Assembly (NCBI GenBank): GCA_048885525.1
Contig: JBHLLP010000025.1
Coordinates: 1-52,270, forward strand
Origin: Candidatus Hermodarchaeota archaeon
Lineage (GTDB): Archaea; Asgardarchaeota; Lokiarchaeia; Sigyniarchaeales; SOKP01
Reading direction: 5' to 3'
Length of the DNA: 52,270 bases
Of this stretch, positions 10,271-20,208 are shown piece by piece; the first letter of the stretch is position 1; each line of letters opens with the position of its first letter. The notes beneath the pieces were generated by a model, which worked only from the letters and a program-made list of their open reading frames with translations, was not told the DNA's origin and did not search any database. Both the position numbers and the translations under genes were made by a program.

Positions 10271-11353
10271 TTATCTTAAGCCACCATCTATAAATCCTTT
10301 GACATATTTAGCATAAACTGTTTTCCAACGAGTAGGTATTGATGAGGCTATCGCACAACCTAAGCGGCATTTATCGCAAAAAGGATAATTGTCATGTATT
10401 TTCATTATTTCTTTCACTTCATCAGAATAATAAATCGTAGATACTGGATATTTTAAAGCATCAAACTTTATTAATGGATGAATTTTGCATGGATAACTAA
10501 TAAATCCATCATGACTTATGAATAAATATGCTTCCGCTACATGACAACGTAAAATATTTTGATTATAGCTTGGATAACCCCCAAAGCCTTTCTGAACCAC
10601 TTCAACACTAATAGGATCTGTTAATATATTATGATATTTTTTTCTTAATATCCGAACTTTATTCGCCCATAAAGAAATATCTGGTATCATATCTTGAATG
10701 TTATGGACATGATAACTTTTATTTGGATAATCCCTGATTATATCTTCACAAGGATAAATTTCAAGCGAACAACCTAATTTTTCAGCTAATTGACAAATAT
10801 CATCCATTAGATGAATATTATCTTTCATAACAACAGTACTAATAATAACTTTAATATCTTGTTTATTTGCTAAATGAATAGATTCGATAACCTTATCAAA
10901 TACTTTAATTCCTCGCATTTTATTGTGTAGCTCTGCTATGGGGTAATCCAATGAGATTAAAGCATAATCTAATCCTTCAATTTTATGATCTTTTAATAAT
11001 TTTGGTAATAAATATCCATTTGTAGCTATTCCGTTCATGAAGTTATGGACTATTCCCGTATGATGTATAATTTCTGGCAAATCTTTTCTTAATGTAGGTT
11101 CTCCCCCTGTAAAAGTAAGAGCGAGCACTCCTAGGTTAGCTAATTCATCGATAAGATACATTATTTCCTCCGTGGTCATATCAGTTCCTAAAATGGACTC
11201 TGGTAAAGAATGGATTGAACAAAATGGACATTTCCCATTACATCGTAAAGTTAATTCTATCTGAGCTGAGTAGGGAATTTTGTGATTAGTAAAATTGTTT
11301 AAAACAAAATTCCTAATGTATTGAATCCAAGTTTTAATTCTTCTTCGAGGAAT
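10271..11353 (-). CDS. Radical SAM protein with SPASM/twitch-type C-terminus; N-terminus extended beyond the ORF track, probable ATT start
   Basis: The frame is open 58 codons upstream of the track ATG (11179) and carries ELTLRCNGKCPFC (CxxxCxxC); FTGGEP; C-terminal Cys cluster. Confidence 0.85.
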   Translation of the reverse strand: MPRRRIKTWIQYIRNFVLNNFTNHKIPYSAQIELTLRCNGKCPFCSIHSLPESILGTDMTTEEIMYLIDELANLGVLALTFTGGEPTLRKDLPEIIHHTGIVHNFMNGIATNGYLLPKLLKDHKIEGLDYALISLDYPIAELHNKMRGIKVFDKVIESIHLANKQDIKVIISTVVMKDNIHLMDDICQLAEKLGCSLEIYPCEDIIRDYPNKSYHVHNIQDMIPDISLWANKVRILRKKYHNILTDPISVEVVQKGFGGYPSYNQNILRCHVAEAYLFISHDGFISYPCKIHPLIKFDALKYPVSTIYYSDEVKEIMKIHDNYPFCDKCRLGCAIASSIPTRWKTVYAKYVKGFIDGGLR

Positions 11354-11609
11354 TTAATGCTACACCAAAATTACATTAATAAATCTCTAATTAATAATTT
11401 AAAGTATATTGATATTAAAAATCTAACTTAAAGGAATTATAAAAAATAAAAAAATATTAACTTATAAATATCAAATTATAATTTTTATCTATTGAATTCA
11501 AAAAAAAATATTGTTAATCAATAGAATTATCGTTGATCGAAGGAAAGCAATAAAATTTTTCAGAAATAATAGAAAAAAATTTAAAAAAAAAATTATTGCC
11601 CTATATTCT

Positions 11610-11954
11610 TTAGTATTCATATCCACACTGCTTACATACATATTTTTTTGCGTATATCTTTACACCGCCCATTTGATGCAATACTTGACTTTTATCTTCA
11701 TGTGTGGCAAATGTGGTTCCTCCACACTCAGGACAAATCCTACGTCCCTCAACTGGAGGTTTCTCTTCCATTCGTGCTTCTTGTTCTTGTTTTTCAACAA
11801 TTGCTGAAGGTTTGACCGTTATTGGTACAGGGGTAGATGCTGCCGAAGTCGTTGGTGCCGAAATTGCTGGAGTAGGTTCAGTTTTAAGTAATTTATCTAA
11901 TTTATAATTAATATCCTCAAGTAGCTTCAATACTTTTTGTTCGAATTCTGACAA
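11610..11954 (-). CDS. Small protein: short coiled coil, Pro/Thr/Ser linker, C-terminal Zn ribbon
   Basis: EGRRICPECG...YAKKYVCKQCGYEY; TTG start with AGGAG SD. Confidence 0.8.
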   Translation of the reverse strand: MSEFEQKVLKLLEDINYKLDKLLKTEPTPAISAPTTSAASTPVPITVKPSAIVEKQEQEARMEEKPPVEGRRICPECGGTTFATHEDKSQVLHQMGGVKIYAKKYVCKQCGYEY

Positions 11955-12086
11955 AATAAGTCTCCTTTGAATTTTATTTTTAGAAATTATATCTAATTTT
12001 TTTTAACAATCTAATCTAAGTTAGATTTTATATATTTTAGCAAAATAAGAATAAACCTAAAATCTGCAGAAAAAGAACATTTTTCT

Positions 12087-12527
12087 TTATTCGGGTTTTT
12101 CAAGAAAGTCGAGAATAGATTCTCTAATTTCAACTGCAGGAGCAATAAATTTAGCATTGCTTACATAAGAGATGGCATCAATCCAGCTCCAAGTTGGATT
12201 TTTCTTCAATAACCAAGCACAAATAATTCCTGGACTTCTTGAGATTCCCATAGAACAATGAACTAAAACTTTTCCATGATTACTTACTTGTATATCAATG
12301 AAATTTAAAATTTCTTTTAGGTAATCGTGTGGTATATAAAAATCATCTGGAAATCCTTTATGTAAATAGGCAAAACCTAAATGTACAGGGTTATAGAGAC
12401 TTTCTTCCATTAAATTTACTATAGCAGTAATTCCTATTCTCTTTAGTTTATCAAAATTTAATCTTGGCCAGTAAGCTCCAAAATATAAATACTCTTGAAC
12501 TCGATATACTTGGTCTAAATCTGACAT
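12087..12527 (-). CDS. Dual-specificity protein phosphatase
   Basis: VLVHCSMGISRS (HCx5R) and FPDD acid loop. Confidence 0.92.
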   Translation of the reverse strand: MSDLDQVYRVQEYLYFGAYWPRLNFDKLKRIGITAIVNLMEESLYNPVHLGFAYLHKGFPDDFYIPHDYLKEILNFIDIQVSNHGKVLVHCSMGISRSPGIICAWLLKKNPTWSWIDAISYVSNAKFIAPAVEIRESILDFLEKPE

Positions 12528-12567
12528 TAATGATACAACATGAAATAATTATGTTTTAAATGTTAAA

Positions 12568-12966
12568 TTATTGGTTTTCTATTAAATCTCTACTCGCAAT
12601 AATATTGATATTAAGCTCTAGAATATTTTCTATGAGAATATCTCCCATTTTAATTGGAGCTTTAATTTCAACTCTCGCAATCTCTTTTAAACTATCCTCT
12701 AGTTTATCTTTTGGAATAGGTTTATCTGATCTAACTGGTATCAACGGTAAAAACCCATTTTCTACTCGCATTGTTGTTGTAAGAATCCTTCTCGGAGATA
12801 CAAATTCCTCTCTTGCATATTCCTCCCCTCTCGTACAAGAATGACCTTGAATAATTAACTCTCCATTCACATTCTCAACATGTACAAGACAGCCAGTGGG
12901 ACAAATTATACATCTTATATCTTTAAATCCATCGGGAAGTTCATTTCCTTCAGTTTTTGTTGACAT
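12568..12966 (-). CDS. DUF1667 CxxC protein (GlpA-operon associated)
   Basis: CIICPTGC...CTRGEEYA...PRRILTTT; third gene of the triad. Confidence 0.85.
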   Translation of the reverse strand: MSTKTEGNELPDGFKDIRCIICPTGCLVHVENVNGELIIQGHSCTRGEEYAREEFVSPRRILTTTMRVENGFLPLIPVRSDKPIPKDKLEDSLKEIARVEIKAPIKMGDILIENILELNINIIASRDLIENQ

Positions 12967-12988
12967 TTCTTATTACCTCTCTTTGTAA

Positions 12989-14287
12989 TTAATCCTCTTC
13001 AATTAATACCTCTGGTCGAGGAATTACTTCTACCTCTAAGTTTTTACAATTAGAATCTATTTGTAATTCACCTACGTTTATTTTTAATTCAAGCATTTCA
13101 CTAGGAATTACATATCTCCTCTTCCGTTTAAAAACAATCTTATTATTCTCATCTTTTATTTGAATTAAAACCCTCCGATCTGGTCTCTTGACTCTAAATG
13201 TGAAAATAATATCTTTAGATAGATCGATTCTGTTAATTAAATCAGGTTTTATATAATTTACATTTTCACCAGAAGAACATTTTATTTGATCTTTTTTTTC
13301 CTTCTTTTTACTGTATCTTTCTTTAAAATATTCAATAGCATTTAAACCAGCACGTTTTGCTTCTGCTGTAACGAGATCAACTAAATCATGAACTTGTAAT
13401 ACATTTCCGCAAGCAAAAACTCCTTCAATTGTAGTTTCTAAATTATTATCTATAACAGGTCCTCCCATTTGTGATATCTCTGCCCCCGCTTCCCTAGTAA
13501 GTTCATTTTCAGGTATTAATCCAACTGATAATAATAATGTATCGCATTCAATAAATTTGTCAGAACCTATAACTCTATCAAAATTCCGGTCAACTTTAGA
13601 AATGGTTACTCCCTTAACTCTCTCCTTACCATGGATTTTAGTGACAGTATAACTAGTTATTAATGGTATCCCATAATCTTCTAGACATTGTACTTCATTT
13701 CTTATTAATCCACTTACATAAGGCTGAATTTCTACAACTGCTTTTACTTGACATCCCTCCCAAGTTAAACGTCGTGCCATAATCATTCCTATATCTCCAC
13801 TTCCTAGAATAACATAGGATCTCCCAGGTAGATATCCTTCAATATTAACAAATCTCTGAGCTTGTCCTGCAGTAAATATTCCAGCAGGTCTAAAACCAGG
13901 TATATTAATTGCGCCTCTAGTTCTTTCACGACAACCCATTGCTAAGATTATTGCTTTGGTTTTAATCTCAATAAGCCCTTCTTCTTTGTTTACAGCATAG
14001 ATTGTCTTATTTTTTGTAAATTCAATTACCATCGTATCTAACTTATAAGGAATTTCTAATTCTTTGACCTGGTTTATAAATCTTTGAACATATTCAGGAC
14101 CAGTTAATTCCTCTTTAAATTCATGAAGTCCAAAACCATTATGAATGCATTGAAGAGTAATTCCCCCTAATTCTTTATCTCTTTCTAAAATTAAGACTTT
14201 TAATTCAGCTTTTTTAACAACAATAGCAGCAGCTAAACCGGCTGATCCACCTCCTATTACAGCAACATCTACTTCATATGTTTTCAT
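12989..14287 (-). CDS. NAD(P)/FAD-dependent oxidoreductase (partner of GlpA-like subunit)
   Basis: GGGSAG, QCIHNGFG, MGCRER, GSGDIG, GNVLQVHDLVD; 4-nt overlap with the upstream gene. Confidence 0.88.
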   Translation of the reverse strand: MKTYEVDVAVIGGGSAGLAAAIVVKKAELKVLILERDKELGGITLQCIHNGFGLHEFKEELTGPEYVQRFINQVKELEIPYKLDTMVIEFTKNKTIYAVNKEEGLIEIKTKAIILAMGCRERTRGAINIPGFRPAGIFTAGQAQRFVNIEGYLPGRSYVILGSGDIGMIMARRLTWEGCQVKAVVEIQPYVSGLIRNEVQCLEDYGIPLITSYTVTKIHGKERVKGVTISKVDRNFDRVIGSDKFIECDTLLLSVGLIPENELTREAGAEISQMGGPVIDNNLETTIEGVFACGNVLQVHDLVDLVTAEAKRAGLNAIEYFKERYSKKKEKKDQIKCSSGENVNYIKPDLINRIDLSKDIIFTFRVKRPDRRVLIQIKDENNKIVFKRKRRYVIPSEMLELKINVGELQIDSNCKNLEVEVIPRPEVLIEED

Positions 14288-15756
14288 TTTTTACTCACAC
14301 CTCTTAGAATATCTTTTAAAATGAAATCCTTTGTTTTTCCTACCAAAATATTAGTATCTTCTCCTCTCTTTGTAATTTCTTCATATGATTTATTTAATTC
14401 CCGAGATAAGATTTCAATTATTCTTGGTCTGCAAAATCCACCTTGACATCGTCCCATACCAGGTCTACACCGAAATTTTATTCCATCAATAGTATTAGCT
14501 CCAATTGGAGCGTGAATAGCATTAATTATTTCTTTTTCAGGAATAGTCTCACATCGACATATGATTCTACCCCACGATGGATCCTCTTGAATTTTTTTAT
14601 CAAGTTCTTTTTTTGTAAAGTCTTTAAATCTTTCTGGTTTAGGGCTTATGGGGTTATAATCATCCTTAACTTTTAGTTCTACACCTAATAATTCGAGAAA
14701 TTCAACCACTTTTTCTGCTATCGCAAAAGTTGCTGTTAAACCGGGAGATAAAATCCCAGCGACATTAATAAAGCCATAAACATCCGTATTATCAATTATA
14801 AAATCGTAGGTGTCGGGAACAGCTCTTAAGCCTGCAAAATTTCTAATTGAGCTCCTTGCGGGAATACCTGGAACTAATTTCATTCCACCTTCTAAAATTT
14901 CTTTTAAACCTGCAGTCGTAGTTGATATATCTTCATAATCAGTTAGATTTTGAGCATTAGGCCCTACAAAAGTATTGCCATGTAAGGTAGGGCAAACTAA
15001 TATTCCTTTTGATACTTTAGTGGGAATTGGGAATAAAATTTTGTTTAATTGAATAGCGTTACGATCAAAGAGAATGTACTCGCCCCTTCTTGGCATGATA
15101 CTAAAATAATCTAGACCTAACATTTTAGAGATTCTAGCAGCATATAAACCAGCAGCATTAATAAGATTCCGTGTCTGAAATTCGCCTTTATAAGTTCTTA
15201 CAGTGAAAATGTAATCTTGATGTTTTATTTTAATAACTTCATGATTTCTGAAAAACTTTACACCATTAATGAAAGCATTTTCAGCTAAGGCAAATGTTAA
15301 CTCATATGGACTAGCAAGTCCAGCCGTAGGGGCATGTAAAACGCCAACTAACTCATCAGTCAAATTTGGTTCCATTTCCTTTATTTTCTTCTTATCTAAT
15401 ATTACTTCCAAACCTGGAATACCATCTTCAGTGCCTTTTTTTCTATCTTCTTCCAATTTTTTAATCTGATTATCTTCTAATGCCACTACAAAAGAACCAA
15501 TTCGTTTGAACGGGAAATTTAATTCTTTAGCTGCTTGAGTATATAATTTATTTCCTTTAATGCATAAATGTCGTTTAATATATTCTCTTTGAGAGGCATA
15601 GCCCGCATGTATTACCCCAGAATTAGCTTTTGTGGTTCCAGAAGCTATCTCCGCCTCTTTTTCTAATAAACAGATATTTAAATCATATTTTGAAAGCGTA
15701 CGAGCTATACAGCAACCGGTAACACCGCCTCCAATAATTATAACATCATAAATCAA
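14284..15756 (-). CDS. FAD-dependent glycerol-3-phosphate dehydrogenase-like protein (GlpA/LhgO family) with BFD-like [2Fe-2S] C-terminus
   Basis: IGGGVTG, TKANSGVIHAG, SPGLT, ICRCE...GMGRCQGGFC. Confidence 0.85.
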   Translation of the reverse strand: MIYDVIIIGGGVTGCCIARTLSKYDLNICLLEKEAEIASGTTKANSGVIHAGYASQREYIKRHLCIKGNKLYTQAAKELNFPFKRIGSFVVALEDNQIKKLEEDRKKGTEDGIPGLEVILDKKKIKEMEPNLTDELVGVLHAPTAGLASPYELTFALAENAFINGVKFFRNHEVIKIKHQDYIFTVRTYKGEFQTRNLINAAGLYAARISKMLGLDYFSIMPRRGEYILFDRNAIQLNKILFPIPTKVSKGILVCPTLHGNTFVGPNAQNLTDYEDISTTTAGLKEILEGGMKLVPGIPARSSIRNFAGLRAVPDTYDFIIDNTDVYGFINVAGILSPGLTATFAIAEKVVEFLELLGVELKVKDDYNPISPKPERFKDFTKKELDKKIQEDPSWGRIICRCETIPEKEIINAIHAPIGANTIDGIKFRCRPGMGRCQGGFCRPRIIEILSRELNKSYEEITKRGEDTNILVGKTKDFILKDILRGVSKK

Positions 15757-15935
15757 TGATATAATACCCTTTCTTGTAATAATTATATTAAAAATATTAG
15801 TAATAAATATTAAATTCTAATCTTAAAAAATATAAATATCTTTTAAATTTATTAAGAAGTAATTAAAATTGATTTACTTCTGTAAAATTTATTTAACTGT
15901 TTTTCTGGCTTTTCTAATACTTTCTCGGTATATTT

Positions 15936-16259
15936 CTATAAAATATAAACGAAGAGAAGCCAAGTAAGATTAAAAATTATCGCTAAGATTATTAAAATCT
16001 TTGTTACTGGGTTAAATAATGTATTTTTTAGGGATTTAGTCATCTTTAATTTTAGTTCATTTTCTACAAGATTTTCAACTAATTTAGAATTAGTTCTAGT
16101 ATCGTTTTTCATATGAATTGATCCTAAAAATCCTGGTCTTGATAAATTTTTAATCATATTATCTAAATTATTTGTAGTAAATAGCGGATCTTTATTAATT
16201 AGTGGAAGATCTTCAAATTCTTCTTTTTTAGTTGATTGTTTCTTATCTGTTGGTTTCAT
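15936..16259 (-). CDS. Small tail-anchored hypothetical protein
   Basis: Hydrophilic N-terminus with a single C-terminal TM. Confidence 0.65.
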   Translation of the reverse strand: MKPTDKKQSTKKEEFEDLPLINKDPLFTTNNLDNMIKNLSRPGFLGSIHMKNDTRTNSKLVENLVENELKLKMTKSLKNTLFNPVTKILIILAIIFNLTWLLFVYIL

Positions 16260-16403
16260 TCCTTTTTCCTTTTTATTTTACTTATTTTTCTTTTCATGAT
16301 TAAAAAATCAAATTAGTCTTAAATTTTTTTCGTTTATAGAAATAAATCAATAAGATTTGAAACCTTTTTAGCAGATAAAAAACTTTAGAGATTTTTGAAA
16401 TTT

Positions 16404-16793
16404 TTAGATAACTTCTTCCAAGGAATCAATTATATGTTCCTCAAATTTTGCAAAAAGCTTTACATTTTTACTCCAATTCTTTACGACCTCTTCTGGATAC
16501 ACTTTAAAAAATATTTTTGAAATCTTTTTTAATTCATTCATAACTTTTTTAGTTTTAATGTCATTGGAAGAATTTGCAACAAAAATGAAATGATTTTTTT
16601 TCTCAATCGTGAAGCGAATACTGCTCAGTTCAAAATTTGATATACCCCCTTCAGAAAGACTTTCTGCAAATGTGTTTAATGCGCTCATTAACCCTCCAAA
16701 TAGCTGTGGACATATATTTGGATCAATTACTCGGCTAAATATTGTTAAGCCATCTTTAGTTAAAATCCATAAATCTCTTAATATTTTCCCCAA
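16404..16793 (-). CDS. Stand-alone longin-like domain protein
   Basis: LWILTKDGLTIFSR...LFGGLMSALNTFA...IFVA pattern typical of Asgard longin-fold proteins. Confidence 0.75.
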   Translation of the reverse strand: MGKILRDLWILTKDGLTIFSRVIDPNICPQLFGGLMSALNTFAESLSEGGISNFELSSIRFTIEKKNHFIFVANSSNDIKTKKVMNELKKISKIFFKVYPEEVVKNWSKNVKLFAKFEEHIIDSLEEVI

Positions 16794-16954
16794 AATTTAT
16801 CGCTTCTACAAAATAATTTCCTCTCTGTTAATTAAATATAATATCGTTATTAAAATTTTAAACATTTCAATATAAAATTTAATTCTAAAAGAATAAAATA
16901 TATCTAACGACATTTAATTAAATATTATAAAAACGTAATCTAGACCATTGTAAT

Positions 16955-18688
16955 ATGGACACTCATTATAACAAAATCGCTAAAAATCTATCAAATAAAT
17001 TCAAGGATATTGTTGGAGAAAAATACTTTTTTGATAATTATGAAATTAGATACAGCTATGCTTTCGGCTGTTCAATTTTTAATAAAGATTGGATTCCTGA
17101 TTTAATATTAATTCCTCAAAATACAAAACAAATCTCTGAGATATTAAAATTAGCTAATGAAAATAAAATTCCAATAACTCCTCGAGGTAGTGGAACAAGT
17201 TTATCATCTGGTTCATTAAGTCCTTATGGGGGAATAATATTAGATGTAAGTCGCATGAATAAGATACTTACTATAAATATTGAAAATAATTTTGTTGAAG
17301 TGGAGCCTGGGGTAATTTGTGATGAGTTAAATGAAACTTTAAAAAGCTATGGATACTTTTTTCCTCCCGATCCTGGTTCAAGTTCAGTTGCTACAATAGG
17401 AGGAATGGTTGCTAGTAATGCTGGTGGTATTCAAGCATTCAAATATGGTGTAACAAAAAATTATGTAATGTTATTGGAAGTTGTATTACCAGATGGACAA
17501 ATTATGAATTTAGGGTCAAAAGTCTTAAAATCAGTATCTTCATATAACATAAAAGATTTATTTATTGGCTCTGAAGGTACACTGGGAGTTATTACAAAAA
17601 TAGGCTTACGAATTAGGCCATTACCTAAAGCTAGGAAATTGGGTTTATTCATATTTGAATATATTAATGACTTGACAAATGCGGTTCTAGAACTTAGAAG
17701 AAGTGGTATTGTGCCCAATTTACTAGAATTTATGGATAAACTTGTTTTAAAAGCTGTTACCGAATATTTAGGTGGTGAATTCTTTGATTTTCCACCAGGA
17801 TATGTTTTATTAGCTGAAATAGATGGAAATTCTGAGATAGAAGTAAACGAAGCATTTTCTATTATGTTTGATTTAATCATTCAAAAAAATCCAATATTTC
17901 ATAAAATTGCCATGAATGAAGAGGAAAGAGAGAGGCTAATCCTAGCAAGGAAAGCCAATCTCCCCGCTCTTTCAAGAGTCAGACCAAACACATGCGTTGA
18001 AGATTGTACAATTCAGATTTCTGAATTTTCTGAAGTTATTAAAAAAATTGAAGAAATTCCTAAAAAGATTAATGCCAAAAATCTATTAGTCGCAATTATC
18101 TGCCATATGGAGGGAAATCTGCATCCAACATTTTTATTTAATGAAAATGATGAACAAGATGTAAAAGATTTTGAAAAAGCAATAGATTATTTATATAGAG
18201 AAATAATAATACCTGCTGGTGGAACATTAACAGGTGAACATGGAATAGGAAAAATAAAAACTCCATATCTAGAATTAGAACATGATTCTGAAGTAATTGA
18301 TTTAATGGCACAAATTAAAAAACTCTTTGATCCTAATATGATCTTAAATCCTGGGATTGGAAAAGGAGACTCTCGAAAGTTAATTACTACAAATAAAATA
18401 CGTTCTCTTGAAAATCAAGATGAAAGTATACTGGAATTAAAATGTATGAGATGTGGTTTTTGTATTTCATGTCCATCGAGAATGGAATATAATTTAGAAA
18501 CCTACAGTCCAAGAGGTCGTTTAAACCTTTTAAATGGTTTAGTTCATGGTGATTTAGAGCTAAATGATTTAATAGTAGAGGTTTTACACACTTGTACTTT
18601 ATGTGGACTCTGTCATACTAAATGTCCCGCTGGTGTTAATACAACTGAAATCTTTGAAAAAGCAAGGGAGATTATTCATAAGAAGTGA
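16955..18688 (+). CDS. FAD-linked 2-hydroxyacid (D-lactate/glycolate) dehydrogenase, GlcD-like, fused to a 4Fe-4S dicluster
   Basis: PRGSGTSLS, PDPGS...TIGG, GSEGTLG, GNLHP, GEHGIG; C-terminal CMRCGFC and CTLCGLCHTKCP. Confidence 0.9.
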   Translation: MDTHYNKIAKNLSNKFKDIVGEKYFFDNYEIRYSYAFGCSIFNKDWIPDLILIPQNTKQISEILKLANENKIPITPRGSGTSLSSGSLSPYGGIILDVSRMNKILTINIENNFVEVEPGVICDELNETLKSYGYFFPPDPGSSSVATIGGMVASNAGGIQAFKYGVTKNYVMLLEVVLPDGQIMNLGSKVLKSVSSYNIKDLFIGSEGTLGVITKIGLRIRPLPKARKLGLFIFEYINDLTNAVLELRRSGIVPNLLEFMDKLVLKAVTEYLGGEFFDFPPGYVLLAEIDGNSEIEVNEAFSIMFDLIIQKNPIFHKIAMNEEERERLILARKANLPALSRVRPNTCVEDCTIQISEFSEVIKKIEEIPKKINAKNLLVAIICHMEGNLHPTFLFNENDEQDVKDFEKAIDYLYREIIIPAGGTLTGEHGIGKIKTPYLELEHDSEVIDLMAQIKKLFDPNMILNPGIGKGDSRKLITTNKIRSLENQDESILELKCMRCGFCISCPSRMEYNLETYSPRGRLNLLNGLVHGDLELNDLIVEVLHTCTLCGLCHTKCPAGVNTTEIFEKAREIIHKK

Positions 18689-18779
18689 TCTATTTTTGTA
18701 CATCTAAGTATATTAATATAGTTTATATTCATATTGCATACTATCTTAAAAAGAATAGATTCCCGTCCTAGTATTTTCC

Positions 18780-19755
18780 ATGAGTGAAAAGTTAATTATA
18801 AAGGAGGAAAAACCTGAGGAATTAATTCTTGCAAAACAGCTCCTTGAAGAAGGAAAACTTGATGAGACGGACCAATTAATTAATAATTTTGAGCAAAAAG
18901 GAGGACAAACACTTCATGATATTGTTTATTGCCATCTCCTCAAGTGTGAGCTCTTATATTGACAAGGTTTATATAAAGATGTTGTCAAGCTTGGCGAACA
19001 AACATATGAATAGAGTTTAGGATTAGGAAAAAACTTTCTATCAGTTGATATCTTACTAATAATAGCTAATGCATTAGTTTCTTCAAAAAAACTAGATGAA
19101 GCTATTATTATCATTAATCAGGGAGAAGAACTGCTAAAAGCTTTAACTCAAGAATTATCAGAAGAGTACAAGCAAAGAGAAGTTTATATAGCTTTTCTTA
19201 AAGGATTGTTTTACTTTTACAAAGAGGATGCAGATCAAGCATTAAAGCATTTTGAGCACAGTTTATCATTAAGAGAAGATATTGGCGACAAAAATAAAAT
19301 TTTCGAGACCTTAATGGGAATGACCGTTGTATTTTATAATTTAAAACAAGATTTTGATCAAGCATTAAAAATTGCTGAGCGAAGAGTGAATATTGCCAAG
19401 GAAACTGGCAATAAAAAGCTTTGAAGATCATCTTCTTGGAGGGTTTTTTAGCGCCATTAATTCTTTTATTGGTGAAATGTTTTCTGAAGGACTTGATCGT
19501 GCTAGTTTTGGTGAGCATACACTTCTTAGGAACTCAGTGCCACCCTTTTTCATGTGTTATGTATTTAAAGGTCAATCCTATTCCGCTCTACAGAGAGTAA
19601 GATATTTTATTGATAAAATACAGAACGACGAGCCAGTTTGGCAAACTTTTAATATGTATAATCAAGTTAACAAGGAGATTCAATTAAAGGATCTCCCTTC
19701 CCTTGAACCATTGATAAATAAAATATTTGTTGAAAAAACAATTCCGATAAATTGA
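18780..19755 (+). pseudogene. Disrupted TPR protein with C-terminal longin-like domain
   Basis: One frame from 18780 to 19424 with in-frame TGA (18960) and TAG (19011); TPR-like ALKHFEHSLSLREDIGDK; frame change near 19415 into a FEDHLLGGFFSAINSF longin-like tail. Confidence 0.8.
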
Positions 19756-19947
19756 CTGAAATATACCTGAGAATTATAATTGTTGTAATATTTAAGCCTA
19801 ATCAGATTTCTTATATAATTTCTAGTTTTATTTCGCAACTTTTTCTTTAGTTCGAACTTCGGAGGGAGTTTCGTAATGAAAATTATATAACGAAGTTTAT
19901 CTATATTAAAATTAACAAAAAAACTCAAAAAAAGAGGTTAAAAAAAA

Positions 19948-20019
19948 ATGAAAAAAAACTGTAAAAAACCCTTAGCATTTGAAGGTTATTGGAATCAATT
20001 TCAAAATTTTAATAAATAA
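19948..20019 (+). CDS. Putative 23-aa small peptide MKKNCKKPLAFEGYWNQFQNFNK
   Basis: GAGGT SD upstream, possible TATA at ~19896, long T-tract immediately after the stop. Confidence 0.4.
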   Translation: MKKNCKKPLAFEGYWNQFQNFNK

Positions 20020-20208
20020 TTTTTTTTTCTTATTTTTTCTTATTTTTCTTTTCCTTGAAATATATTCTTTAATTAATTTTCTTAAAATATACATCAAGTT
20101 TAATTATAAATAAAATCTTTATAGATAAAACTGTTTAATTAACCTAGAATTTAATTTATTCCATTAAATGGATCAAAAAAAACCAAAAATTAATGTAACA
20201 GAACAATA

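Noticed and set aside
18960-18962. TGA read as selenocysteine in the TPR gene
   Set aside because: Accompanied by a TAG and a frameshift, so the gene is a pseudogene
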